A stretch of 64,000 nucleotides of DNA from an uncultured Candidatus Saccharibacteria bacterium. GTDB taxonomy: Bacteria; Patescibacteriota; Minisyncoccia; Phycocordibacterales; UBA918. Position 1 is the first letter of the stretch, and the number at the start of each line of letters is the position of its first letter. The notes beneath the pieces were generated by a model. It worked only from the letters and a program-made list of their open reading frames with translations. It was not told the origin of the DNA and did no database searches. Made by a program: the position numbers and the translations under genes. The DNA lies in contig CAYOAM010000002.1 of NCBI GenBank assembly GCA_964402035.1, positions 27,280-91,279 on the forward strand, given 5' to 3'. Of the stretch, positions 9,586 to 17,976 are shown one piece after another.

Positions 9586-10314
9586 TTATTCTGTTTTTCC
9601 TTTAGTGATTTCCAAATAGCGCTTCTCAAGTGTTTTGCCGTCTTTTATAAACTCATCTTTACTCCCCTGTGCCACTATATTGCCCTTATTGATGATTGCA
9701 ATCTCATTGCACAAAAGTTCCACTTCCTCGAGGTAGTGTGATGTCAAAATAATCGTCTTTCCAGCAGCATTGAGTTCCTTAAAATATTTCCAAAGCTCAT
9801 GCCGTTGCTCAACATCGACTCCCGCCGTCGGCTCATCGAGTATTAACAGCTCGGGGTCATTGACGAGCGCTCGCGCGAGGATGACGCGACGCTTGAGTCC
9901 GCCCGAAAGTTCATTAAATTTTTTCGAGCGATGGTTCGTGAGTTCAAATCGTTCTATCAGGGCGTCCGTGCGCTCTTTTCGCAGCTTTTTTGGCACACCA
10001 TAGTATCCTGCCATACCATCGATGATATCTTCCGGTTTTCCAAAAAAATCAGTGTTGAATTCTTGTGGCGAAATGCCAATCTGTCGGCGTGCTTCTTTAT
10101 AATCCTTGACTACGTCAAAACCATTTACCGTAATGGTGCCTGACGTAATACGCGCAACACCAATGATGCAGTTAATCGTGCTTGATTTCCCTGCGCCGTT
10201 TGGCCCCAAAAAACCGAAAAAACCGCCGCGGGGTATCTCGAGAGAAATGTCGTCAACAGCATTCGCTTTGCCATACGACTTCACTAGATTTTTGATAGAG
10301 AGAATTGAGTCCAT
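9586..10314 (-). CDS. ABC transporter ATP-binding protein
   Basis: Walker A GPNGAGKSST, signature LSGGLKRRVILARAL, Walker B LLILDEPTAGVD. Start placed at MDSILSIKNLVKSYG (listed ORF has an extended N-terminus). Confidence 0.85.
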   Translation of the reverse strand: MDSILSIKNLVKSYGKANAVDDISLEIPRGGFFGFLGPNGAGKSSTINCIIGVARITSGTITVNGFDVVKDYKEARRQIGISPQEFNTDFFGKPEDIIDGMAGYYGVPKKLRKERTDALIERFELTNHRSKKFNELSGGLKRRVILARALVNDPELLILDEPTAGVDVEQRHELWKYFKELNAAGKTIILTSHYLEEVELLCNEIAIINKGNIVAQGSKDEFIKDGKTLEKRYLEITKGKTE

Positions 10315-10330
10315 GAAAGAGTAGTATACC

Positions 10331-10367
10331 GTACCAATCAACCAAAAGAAAAACCGTCGATCCCGAG
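10331..10367 (-). terminator. Intrinsic terminator after the GC-rich gene
   Basis: CCGTCGATCCC-GA-GGGATCGACGG: 11-bp perfect stem followed on the - strand by TTTTTCTTTTGG. Confidence 0.6.
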
Positions 10368-10386
10368 GGATCGACGGTGTTGTTGC

Positions 10387-10845
10387 TCAAGCGCCGGCGG
10401 TTTCCCGCACAAGCTCCTTGAGCGGGAGCCTGGCCTGGGCGCAGTTCTCGATGAATACGATGAGGAAAAGCTTCCCATCTTCATCGGCTTCGACTTCCGC
10501 CGAAAACTGACGTCCGGTCTGCTCGAGAGCGACGAGATCATGAAGCGAACCGAAGTTCCCCCACTTCTCGAAATCCGCATCCTCGAGAATGACCTGCCGC
10601 AAGCGTTCCCATCCTTTTGGGTTGTTGAGGAGTGACGGCGCCGGTACGGTGCTGTCGAAGTCAGACCCCGACACCCTGTCGCCGCCGCCTTCGAACTCGA
10701 CATACGCCAAGACGAAGAGGAGTCCGTCCTTCGATTCGACGTAGAAGTCGGTCTCCGGGTGCCTGAGTTCACATTCATCAGCCGCGAGTGCCTTGTGGCA
10801 GAGATCGGTAATCTTAATCCGAGCTGCCTCGAAAACGTAAGTCAT
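10387..10845 (-). CDS. Hypothetical acidic protein (~152 aa) in an atypically GC-rich gene with a strong Shine-Dalgarno sequence
   Basis: Start at MTYVFEAARIKITDL with GGGAGGATGG immediately upstream. The codon third positions are visibly G/C-rich, unlike neighbouring genes. The listed 236-aa ORF over-extends upstream. Confidence 0.5.
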   Translation of the reverse strand: MTYVFEAARIKITDLCHKALAADECELRHPETDFYVESKDGLLFVLAYVEFEGGGDRVSGSDFDSTVPAPSLLNNPKGWERLRQVILEDADFEKWGNFGSLHDLVALEQTGRQFSAEVEADEDGKLFLIVFIENCAQARLPLKELVRETAGA

Positions 10846-10988
10846 GCCATCCTCCCTGAGGATCCACGGTACGGCGTGGTCCGTTTGAGCATATGCTCGT
10901 CTATTCAGATTATACCATATATAAAGTACTGTTGTCAACCGTCTAAAAACGGCTTTACAACGACTATTTTTGGGAGCATAGTCTTGCC

Positions 10989-11789
10989 ATGGAATCGTTT
11001 GATAGTGAGGTAGCATGGCTACTGAAAGAGAAATATGGAGGCGAAAAAACCGACGGTTTTTTCGCCGATTGTGCTCGACTAGAGGCCGGAGAACCACTCG
11101 CCTACCTTATAGGACATGTGCCATTTCTAGACACCAAAATCTACTTAGATTCGCGTCCTTTGATACCACGGGCAGAAACTGAATATTGGGTGGAGCATGC
11201 TATCCACGATATTCGCATTAATATACTAAGTGCGATGAGCAGCCCCAAGGGTAACCCTTGGCGTGGCCAAGGGTTACCCTTGGGGATTCGTATCCTCGAT
11301 CTCTGTGCTGGTTCGGGCTGCGTTGGGATCGCCGTACTCAAACATATTCCCGAGACCCACGTCGACTTGATCGAGATTGATACTGATCACCACCCTACTA
11401 TTTTAAAAAATGTATTAAAAAACAACATTGAAAAATCACGCGCAAGGATCGTCGGAGGTGACACCTTCAAAGAAGCAGATGGCCCGTACGACTACATACT
11501 TACTAATCCGCCATACATTGATCCGACACTTTCGGGGCGCATAGAAAAAAGTGTACTCGAACACGAACCTCGCCTAGCGCTATTTGGCGGCAAACAAGGT
11601 CTCTACACCATCAATCGCATCGTCGATCGAGCTCCCGCTTTTCTGACTCCCGGCGGTACGATGTTTCTTGAACATGAACCCGAACAAACTGAAGCGATAA
11701 CTGCCTATGCACGACAATGCGGCTACAAAGAAGTCACCACGCATAAAGATCAATACAACGTTGATCGCATGACGATGCTAAAAGTGTAG
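10989..11789 (+). CDS. prmC: Release factor glutamine N5-methyltransferase PrmC/HemK, carrying a 15-aa in-frame palindromic insert
   Basis: EPLAYLIGHVPF...RPLIPRAETEYW; ILDLCAGSGCVG SAM motif; ILTNPPY catalytic NPPY motif. Confidence 0.8.
   Translation: MESFDSEVAWLLKEKYGGEKTDGFFADCARLEAGEPLAYLIGHVPFLDTKIYLDSRPLIPRAETEYWVEHAIHDIRINILSAMSSPKGNPWRGQGLPLGIRILDLCAGSGCVGIAVLKHIPETHVDLIEIDTDHHPTILKNVLKNNIEKSRARIVGGDTFKEADGPYDYILTNPPYIDPTLSGRIEKSVLEHEPRLALFGGKQGLYTINRIVDRAPAFLTPGGTMFLEHEPEQTEAITAYARQCGYKEVTTHKDQYNVDRMTMLKV
11243..11285. repeat. 43-nt near-perfect palindrome (two 17-nt palindromic units CCAAGGGTAACCCTTGG / CCAAGGGTTACCCTTGG) inserted in-frame in prmC
   Basis: CCCCAAGGGTAACCCTTGG-CGTGG-CCAAGGGTTACCCTTGGGG read directly. 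It encodes SPKGNPWRGQGLPLG just upstream of the SAM-binding motif, and the mirror peptide PKGNPWPRQGLPLG appears in antisense ORF 11141..11341. Confidence 0.7.
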
Positions 11790-11863
11790 CGGATTTACGG
11801 AAGTGACTGCAGCAACCCCAACTACACATAGAGTCCGACCTAAAACTATGCAACAATAGTCCT

Positions 11864-12067
11864 ATGCAGCTTTCGATTGGAGTCAACATGTTTCTTCAGG
11901 GTACTTTTTTCTTTCTGCTATTTATATTTACCATATACACCGTCATCCTTGGTTACCATTGGTATACGTACGGTAGATCAAAAAAGACGACAACAACCCT
12001 CCTTGCGACATACCTCATCGGCGGTATTTTCTGCTTTGTCCTCATGGGCACCTTTCTTATTACATGA
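11864..12067 (+). CDS. Small hydrophobic membrane protein (67 aa)
   Basis: Two predicted TM segments; its stop overlaps the start of the next gene (ATGA). The overlapping alternative-frame ORF 11877..12080 is less protein-like. Confidence 0.4.
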   Translation: MQLSIGVNMFLQGTFFFLLFIFTIYTVILGYHWYTYGRSKKTTTTLLATYLIGGIFCFVLMGTFLIT

Positions 12068-12642
12068 ATACGCAGGCTGAACAACTAAAACTCGATGACG
12101 ACGAGAGTATTGTCCGCGTCGTGCGCAAGCACTGGTTTATTCTTATGGTACAAATAGTGAGTATCATCTTTCTTGCACTTGCTCCTTTTTTTCTGCTTGG
12201 CGTCATGTGGGTTTCTGGCGTCACCGCGACGCTCCCGCTTGATTTTTCTATGTGGTATAGCGCCGCAGGATTCCTGGGCGCAGCGTGGCTATTGATCTCG
12301 TGGATGCTCCTCTTTAACATCCTCACTGACTACTACCTCGACATGTGGATCATCACCAACAAACGCGTGATCACCATCGACCAACGTGGTTTTTTTAATC
12401 GCTCTGTTGCAAGCTTCCGCCTTGAGCGTCTCCAGGACATCACCGTTGAGATCAAAGGTATTATCGCTACCATGCTCGACTTTGGGACTATCAAGGCCGA
12501 CACCGCAAGCCATACCGATGCTTTTGTGATCTTTGGTATCCCCAATCCTCGCGAAATCAAATCATTGATTCAAGAAAATGCGGACCGTATGCTTGAAAAC
12601 CCAAGCCCAAACAATGTTGGTTCATACCGTACCGGCGTGTAA
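12064..12642 (+). CDS. Membrane protein with bacterial PH (bPH_2/YdbT-like) domain
   Basis: N-terminal paired TM segments followed by ...DYYLDMWIITNKRVITIDQRGFFNRSVASFRLERLQDITVE..., typical of DUF304/bPH_2. Confidence 0.5.
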   Translation: MNTQAEQLKLDDDESIVRVVRKHWFILMVQIVSIIFLALAPFFLLGVMWVSGVTATLPLDFSMWYSAAGFLGAAWLLISWMLLFNILTDYYLDMWIITNKRVITIDQRGFFNRSVASFRLERLQDITVEIKGIIATMLDFGTIKADTASHTDAFVIFGIPNPREIKSLIQENADRMLENPSPNNVGSYRTGV

Positions 12643-12649
12643 CAGCCTA

Positions 12650-12670
12650 CTTGGGAGTTCGACTCCTAAG
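12650..12670 (+). terminator. Hairpin CTTGGGAG-TTCGA-CTCCTAAG, 8 nt after the stop codon; member of a recurring hairpin family
   Basis: Read directly; the 12-nt flank CTACTTGGGAGT is shared with the copy at 15957. Confidence 0.45.
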
Positions 12671-12708
12671 TATTGCTTAAAACGAAAGCGACGTAGGATT
12701 TGTGGGTT

Positions 12709-12738
12709 TTGACACATGCTCTCAAAAAAGCGTACAAT
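12709..12738 (+). promoter_or_regulatory. Sigma70-like promoter TTGACA-18 nt-TACAAT, 6 nt upstream of the hisS ATG (leaderless-type arrangement)
   Basis: Hexamers read directly. Confidence 0.45.
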
Positions 12739-12744
12739 CAAGAC

Positions 12745-13998
12745 ATGGAAAAGTCAGAAAAACTAAGTACCGATTCATATAAAGGAGTGCGTGATTTCTA
12801 TCCGCATGACATGGCAATACAGCGCTATATTTTTGATACGTGGGCAAAAACTGCTGAGTCATTTGGCTTTGAACGCTATGATGCATCGGTTCTTGAACCT
12901 TCCGAACTCTATAAGGCAAAAGGCGCGCAGAATGAGGAAATTGTAAACGACCAAACATACACCTTCATCGACAAAGGTGAGCGTGAAGTGACCTTGCGTC
13001 CCGAAATGACGCCGACCGTAGCGCGCATGGTCGCAGGACGTCGCCGCGAGCTCACCTTCCCGCTTCGCTGGTACTCGATTCCCAATCTATTTCGGTACGA
13101 ACGCCCACAGCGCGGTCGTGTCCGAGAACACTGGCAACTCAATGCCGATATTTTTGGTACCCAATCTGAAATGGCAGATGTTGAAATTATTCTTCTCGCG
13201 TCAGCAGTTCTTAAATCTTTTGGCGCGACACCCGCTGATTTTGAAATACACATCAACAACCGCTTAGAGATGAAGGCACTCTATACGAATGTAGGTATTG
13301 TCGATGAACAGGTGATGTCCGAAATCACCCGCCTCAATGATCGTAAAAATAAAATTTCAGGAGAAGAGTACCGTAACGCGCTCCAGGAAATAACCCGTGA
13401 CCCAGAAAAGACCGATGCTATCATCACAATGCTCACACAAACAGAATCAGAGCATCCACTTCAGAAACAGCTAGCATCCCTCGGCGTATTAAATGTTGTC
13501 GTTGATCGTACCATTGCACGCGGCTTCGACTACTACACCGGTACTATTTTTGAAATCTTTGATACGAATCCCGACAATCGACGATCGCTACTTGGTGGTG
13601 GACGCTATGACAACCTCACAGGTCTTTTTGGTGGCGATCCTATTCCAGCCGTCGGTTTTGGCATGGGTGATGTCACCATGCGCGATTTCTTGGAGACACA
13701 TGACTTGTTGCCGCAAAATCTCCAAAGTATCGATGTTGCAGTAATTCCCATGAAACAAGAATTTCAAGTCGAAGCAGAAAAAATAGCACAAACGATCCGT
13801 GCCGCAGGAAAAAAAGTGTATGTATCTCTAGCAGATAAAAAAATTGGTGATCACATCAAGCAAGCCGAGGCACGCAACACAAAAGCGATCATCGTCATCG
13901 GCGAAGAAGAACTCGCTTCCGGCACCTGCACTCTCAAACGCCTAAGCGACGGGACAGAGACGACAGGAACGATTGAGGAGTTGATCCAGACTATATAA
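12745..13998 (+). CDS. hisS: Histidyl-tRNA synthetase
   Basis: RPEMTPTVARM, ARGFDYYTGTIFE and LLGGGRYDNL are HisRS class II motifs. Start at MEKSEKL after the promoter. Confidence 0.85.
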   Translation: MEKSEKLSTDSYKGVRDFYPHDMAIQRYIFDTWAKTAESFGFERYDASVLEPSELYKAKGAQNEEIVNDQTYTFIDKGEREVTLRPEMTPTVARMVAGRRRELTFPLRWYSIPNLFRYERPQRGRVREHWQLNADIFGTQSEMADVEIILLASAVLKSFGATPADFEIHINNRLEMKALYTNVGIVDEQVMSEITRLNDRKNKISGEEYRNALQEITRDPEKTDAIITMLTQTESEHPLQKQLASLGVLNVVVDRTIARGFDYYTGTIFEIFDTNPDNRRSLLGGGRYDNLTGLFGGDPIPAVGFGMGDVTMRDFLETHDLLPQNLQSIDVAVIPMKQEFQVEAEKIAQTIRAAGKKVYVSLADKKIGDHIKQAEARNTKAIIVIGEEELASGTCTLKRLSDGTETTGTIEELIQTI

Positions 13999-14043
13999 GT
14001 TTCGATTACATTTTTTTGAGCCTCCTGTTACAATAGTGCCACT

Positions 14044-14619
14044 ATGCGGTACATTGTCTTTGATTTAGAGACCCAAAACCTCTTTAGCGATATTGGGAAA
14101 AATGATCCTGCGCTTTTGGATATTTCGGTCGCTTCACTCTATGACTCGGAGACGCAGTTGTACCACACCGTCGCAATCGATGAGCTCGAGACATTGTGGC
14201 CGCACTTCGAACACGCCGATGCGCTTGTGGGCTACAACAGCAATCATTTCGATATTCCCCTTTTAAATAAATACTACCCGGGCGATCTCACACAGATCCC
14301 GAGTATCGATATCCTCGAATCCATACGTCTTTCACTTGGCAAAAGGCTACGTCTCGACTCGATCGCTGAAGCAACACTCGGCACCAAAAAAATCGGGCAT
14401 GGACTCGAAGCTGTTGAATGGTGGAAAAAGGGTGAAATAGAAAAGATAAAAAAGTACTGCCAAAAAGATGTGGAGATCACCAAGAATGTTTTTGAATACG
14501 CGAAGACGCACGGCCATGTGAAATACAAGGATGGTCTCAAACTCCGCGAGATCCCGATTGATACGAAATCATGGGACACAAAAAACGACTCGGCCCTCAC
14601 CCACGCCCTACCGTTTTGA
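14044..14619 (+). CDS. DEDDh-type 3'-5' exonuclease (RNase H-like fold, DnaQ/RNase T superfamily)
   Basis: IVFDLETQ (Exo I) and YNSNHFDIPLL (Exo III, H-x4-D) motifs. Confidence 0.55.
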   Translation: MRYIVFDLETQNLFSDIGKNDPALLDISVASLYDSETQLYHTVAIDELETLWPHFEHADALVGYNSNHFDIPLLNKYYPGDLTQIPSIDILESIRLSLGKRLRLDSIAEATLGTKKIGHGLEAVEWWKKGEIEKIKKYCQKDVEITKNVFEYAKTHGHVKYKDGLKLREIPIDTKSWDTKNDSALTHALPF

Positions 14620-14626
14620 TTACATC

Positions 14627-15232
14627 ATGAACAAAATTTGTGTTTTTGGAGATAGTATCGCTTGGGGTGCAATAGATCCACAGTATGGTGGCTGGGTCGC
14701 ATTGCTCAAAAATTATTTCCAAGACCAGAACATAAAGAACGATACATACATCCAAGTCTACAATCTTGGGGTTTCTGGAGATACAAGTGCTGACCTTCTT
14801 AAACGCTTTGCAAATGAAGTAGATGCTCGCGCACCTGATATCATAATATTTGCAATTGGAATAAACGATACATTGTCTCTCATATCTCTAAAGCACAACC
14901 GTATATTGATCGACGAGTTTACAAAAAATGTAACATCTATGGTAGAGACGACGCTTGGCCAAAAGAGGGCCGTGCTTATCGTGGGTCTTTCAAGAGTGGA
15001 CGAATCAAAAACAAGACCGTGGGACACGGATGTTGAGTATTGTAATGAGGAAATAGAAAAATATGACGCCATTCTTAAAGAAATTTCAAGACAAAACAAC
15101 ATTCAGTACATAGATCTCTCAAAAGTAATTTCACTCACCGACCTTGCGGATGGCCTCCACCCCAACAGCTTAGGGCATCAAAAAATCTTCGAGCTCGTAC
15201 GCGACACACTTGGAGGGCGGACCTCCAAGTAA
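14627..15232 (+). CDS. SGNH/GDSL-family hydrolase
   Basis: MNKICVFGDSIAWG (GDS block), YNLGVSGDTS, IIFAIGINDT, DGLHPN (catalytic D/H block). Confidence 0.65.
   Translation: MNKICVFGDSIAWGAIDPQYGGWVALLKNYFQDQNIKNDTYIQVYNLGVSGDTSADLLKRFANEVDARAPDIIIFAIGINDTLSLISLKHNRILIDEFTKNVTSMVETTLGQKRAVLIVGLSRVDESKTRPWDTDVEYCNEEIEKYDAILKEISRQNNIQYIDLSKVISLTDLADGLHPNSLGHQKIFELVRDTLGGRTSK
15209..15229 (+). repeat. Hairpin CTTGGAGG-GCGGA-CCTCCAAG overlapping the last codons of the SGNH hydrolase gene (family member)
   Basis: Read directly. Confidence 0.45.
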
Positions 15233-15236
15233 TACT

Positions 15237-15596
15237 ATGCCTAAAACTATGCACTATCGGATCGCGGCGGATACTATTTTTGTACTGCATGCTGCCATCT
15301 TTCTTTTCAATGTGTTTGGGTGGGCGATTGCGACACTATGGTGGCCCTACATGACCGTGCTTGTTTTGACATTGCTGTACGACACTATCTTTGATTATTG
15401 CGTTTTGAGTAAATGGGAGTTTGATCTCCGAAAAAAAATCAACCCGTCATTACGGTATGACTACAACTGGGCAACCTACTACACCTACCGATTAACAAAC
15501 CGCCATATTTCTAATCCATTTTTTAAGAAAATATCGATACTATTTCTCACAGTATCAATTGGTATTAATCTCTATTTCAAGTTTTTGTACACATAA
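15237..15596 (+). CDS. Hypothetical membrane protein
   Basis: Hydrophobic segments IFVLHAAIFLFNVFGWAIATLWW and ILFLTVSIGINLYF; start at MPKTMHYRIAAD. Confidence 0.4.
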   Translation: MPKTMHYRIAADTIFVLHAAIFLFNVFGWAIATLWWPYMTVLVLTLLYDTIFDYCVLSKWEFDLRKKINPSLRYDYNWATYYTYRLTNRHISNPFFKKISILFLTVSIGINLYFKFLYT

Positions 15597-15627
15597 TATC
15601 TTAAGACCAAACCTACACGTAAAACCG

Positions 15628-15648
15628 CTTGGAAGCCGGACTTCCAAG
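15628..15648 (+). repeat. Hairpin CTTGGAAG-CCGGA-CTTCCAAG (family member), preceded by the repeat AAACCTACACGTAAAA
   Basis: Read directly. Confidence 0.45.
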
Positions 15649-15697
15649 TCAATCCCATTGATGATATCTTTGATACGGAACTCTAGGGAGATCCCCC

Positions 15698-15916
15698 ATG
15701 GAAAGTAACGATCCGAAACGTCGTGCCGCGTTGCATCTTGTCATTGAACATCGCAAAAAGAATCCTCCCCCACCAGAAAAGGCTGGACCGACATGGCCTC
15801 TCATGCCATGGCGAGGAAATCTTTCCTTGCGTCTAGGGAGAGTACTTACCGCGGAGGCACTGGAGGCGAAGCGCGAAAAGCTGAGAGAAAGACTACGTAA
15901 AGAAGGAAAACTATAA
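15698..15916 (+). CDS. Possible small basic protein (72 aa); weak call
   Basis: AGGGAG motif 10 nt upstream of the ATG; no recognisable domain. Confidence 0.2.
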   Translation: MESNDPKRRAALHLVIEHRKKNPPPPEKAGPTWPLMPWRGNLSLRLGRVLTAEALEAKREKLRERLRKEGKL

Positions 15917-15960
15917 GCACTACAGCAACGATGCTGTGTGCTTTTTTAGTTAAATATCTA

Positions 15961-15981
15961 CTTGGGAGTCAGACTCGCAAG
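15961..15981 (+). repeat. Hairpin CTTGGGAGTC-A-GACTCGCAAG (family member)
   Basis: Read directly; shares CTACTTGGGAGT with the 12650 copy. Confidence 0.45.
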
Positions 15982-16297
15982 TGAAAAACGACAAAAAATA
16001 ACTGATTCTCAAGGTGTCAAGGAACCTAATACGGAGTAAAAGCGCTGAAAATCCCTTGGATGCGAGGCATTGATAAAGTTCGGAGCTAGACGTATGTGGT
16101 ATACGGAGAGTGAGTACTGGACTCAGTAATGAAGCAGGTAAGGATTATTATAACTTCTGAAGAGAAAACCTACACGTAAAAAACATCAAAAATAACTGGT
16201 ATGCGAGGCGCTACCGAGGAGTGCAGCGAGGCGTATAAGAATACGACGAGCAAGCGACGAGAGTAGCAACAAAGCAGATCTTTATTTTTGACGTTTT

Positions 16298-17113
16298 TTA
16301 TCCGAAAAAGACGAGGGCGATGACAAAACAGGCAAGCAAGATCCTATACCAAATAAAAGGCCAAAGGGTATTATTGCGCATAAACTGCATCATAAAATGC
16401 ACCGCGCCTAGCCCCACAAAAAAGGCAGTGATAGCTCCCACAGAAACCATAAGCCACGAGACAGCACCTGGTGGCTCACGTAAAAGATCAAGTAACATTT
16501 TAAGCCCGGCACCCGTCATAACCGGTATTGCCAACAAAAATGCAAAACGTGCAGATTCATAGCGAGAAAGTCCCAAGATCAAACCTCCAGAAATAGCGCT
16601 CCCCGAGCGACTCATACCAGGGATCAATGCCAGCACCTGAAACCAGCCGATCTTCCAGCCCAACCGTGGTGTAATAACCGCGTGTGAACCTCGATGTGCG
16701 TGCACGTATTCCGCATATGCAAATAACATAGAGCCCGCAATCAGTACACCGGCAACAAGAAGCGGTTGTCGAAACACATTTTCCATAAATGTTTTGAGTA
16801 GGATACCCAACACCACAGCAGGCACGGTACCAATCGCGAGTGCAGAAATAATGGCACTATCACGATCATCAACCGGCAACCGTCCGAGCTTGCGCATCAT
16901 GGTCTGGAGCAATATGCCAATGTCGTGCGAAAAGTAAATGACCACCGCGGCTGTCGTCGCGAGATGTAACACGGCATCAAATGCCAACTCATTGGATGTA
17001 TGCTCTGCAGAAAAAAGCTCACGAACCAATATCAAATGCCCCGTTGAAGAAACGGGGAGAAACTCCGTGATTCCCTGGACAAAACCGAGGACTATAGCCA
17101 TTAAAAGGTCCAT
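16298..17113 (-). CDS. uppP: Undecaprenyl-diphosphatase
   Basis: MDLLMAIVLGFVQGITEFLPVSSTGHLIL is the UppP/BacA N-terminal signature; eight hydrophobic segments. Confidence 0.85.
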   Translation of the reverse strand: MDLLMAIVLGFVQGITEFLPVSSTGHLILVRELFSAEHTSNELAFDAVLHLATTAAVVIYFSHDIGILLQTMMRKLGRLPVDDRDSAIISALAIGTVPAVVLGILLKTFMENVFRQPLLVAGVLIAGSMLFAYAEYVHAHRGSHAVITPRLGWKIGWFQVLALIPGMSRSGSAISGGLILGLSRYESARFAFLLAIPVMTGAGLKMLLDLLREPPGAVSWLMVSVGAITAFFVGLGAVHFMMQFMRNNTLWPFIWYRILLACFVIALVFFG

Positions 17114-17187
17114 ACGTGCTTTTAGTATATCATGTGACGAATTGTGCCCACATGCTATACTAGCTGCTATATATCTGTAATTAACAT

Positions 17188-17913
17188 ATGGAAAAAAATT
17201 CATACGCTATCCCAATCGCTATCGTTGTAGCTGCGGGTCTCATTGCTGGAGCTATTTATATGAATGGTTCAAAGAAAGTGGTTGTTGAACCGGGAGCGCA
17301 AAAGAATGAAATCGCAGACACCACAAAGCCCGTCATTCGCCAGGTAGAAGCAAGCGATCACATCCGTGGTAATCCAAATGCACCTATTATGCTCGTTGAG
17401 TATTCTGATTTCGAATGTCCATTCTGCAAACAATTTCACGAGACAATGAAGCGTATCACTGACGAATACGGTACGAGCGGCAAAGTGGCGTGGGTCTTCC
17501 GACAGTTCCCACTTGAACAACTCCATCCCAATGCACCAAAAATCGCCGAGGCGAGCGAATGTGTGGCCGAGCTTGGCAAAAGCGTCGCATTCTGGAAATT
17601 TGCTGATTTGGTGTTTGGTGAAAAACCAATGAATGACTTTACCGAACTCTCCCGACTTCCTGAATTTGCTGAGAAATCTGGTGTTAGCAAAGCAGCATAC
17701 GAGGAATGCATGAAGAGTGGGCGCAATAAAACAAAAGTGACTGACAGCATCAAGGAAGCAGTAGCAGCTGGTGGCCGTGGGACACCACACACGCTCGTAC
17801 TTGTGGGCGACCAGAGTGCTACGATCAACGGAGCACAGCCCTATGAAGTGGTGAAGCAGATGGTTGATAATCTTATAGCACAAATGGAAGGTGGCAACGT
17901 CAAAGCTGAATAG
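17188..17913 (+). CDS. DsbA-family thiol:disulfide oxidoreductase with N-terminal membrane anchor
   Basis: CPFC active site in EYSDFECPFCKQF; thioredoxin fold. Confidence 0.75.
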   Translation: MEKNSYAIPIAIVVAAGLIAGAIYMNGSKKVVVEPGAQKNEIADTTKPVIRQVEASDHIRGNPNAPIMLVEYSDFECPFCKQFHETMKRITDEYGTSGKVAWVFRQFPLEQLHPNAPKIAEASECVAELGKSVAFWKFADLVFGEKPMNDFTELSRLPEFAEKSGVSKAAYEECMKSGRNKTKVTDSIKEAVAAGGRGTPHTLVLVGDQSATINGAQPYEVVKQMVDNLIAQMEGGNVKAE

Positions 17914-17932
17914 AGAGCGTGCTTAAAAGACA

Positions 17933-17966
17933 AAAGGCCTGCAGCGAAGCTGCGGGCCTTTTGTTT
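17933..17966. terminator. Bidirectional terminator between the dsbA-like gene and the helicase gene
   Basis: GGCCTGCAGC-GAA-GCTGCGGGCC followed by TTTTGTTTG. Confidence 0.55.
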
Positions 17967-17976
17967 GATTTACCTC

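Noticed and set aside
10338-10778. - strand ORF 146 aa (R/S/T-rich)
   Set aside because: Alternative frame of the GC-rich gene 10387..10845; high GC suppresses stops in all frames; sequence is low-complexity.
11141-11341. - strand ORF 66 aa inside prmC
   Set aside because: Exists only because the 43-nt palindrome reads as the same peptide on both strands; antisense to a well-supported prmC.
12650-12670. Possible tRNA (GAGTTCGACTCC resembles a T-arm)
   Set aside because: Stem is 8 bp with a 5-nt loop and there is no acceptor stem, D-arm or anticodon arm. No other tRNA-like structure was found anywhere in the window.
15917-16297. tmRNA, RNase P RNA or SRP RNA in the long repeat-rich spacer; CRISPR array anywhere in the window
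   Set aside because: No match to the conserved signatures (GGAAAGTCCGGGC for RNase P, the tRNA-like 3' end with CCA for tmRNA, the SRP domain IV motif). Repeats are irregularly spaced and not CRISPR-like; no cas genes.
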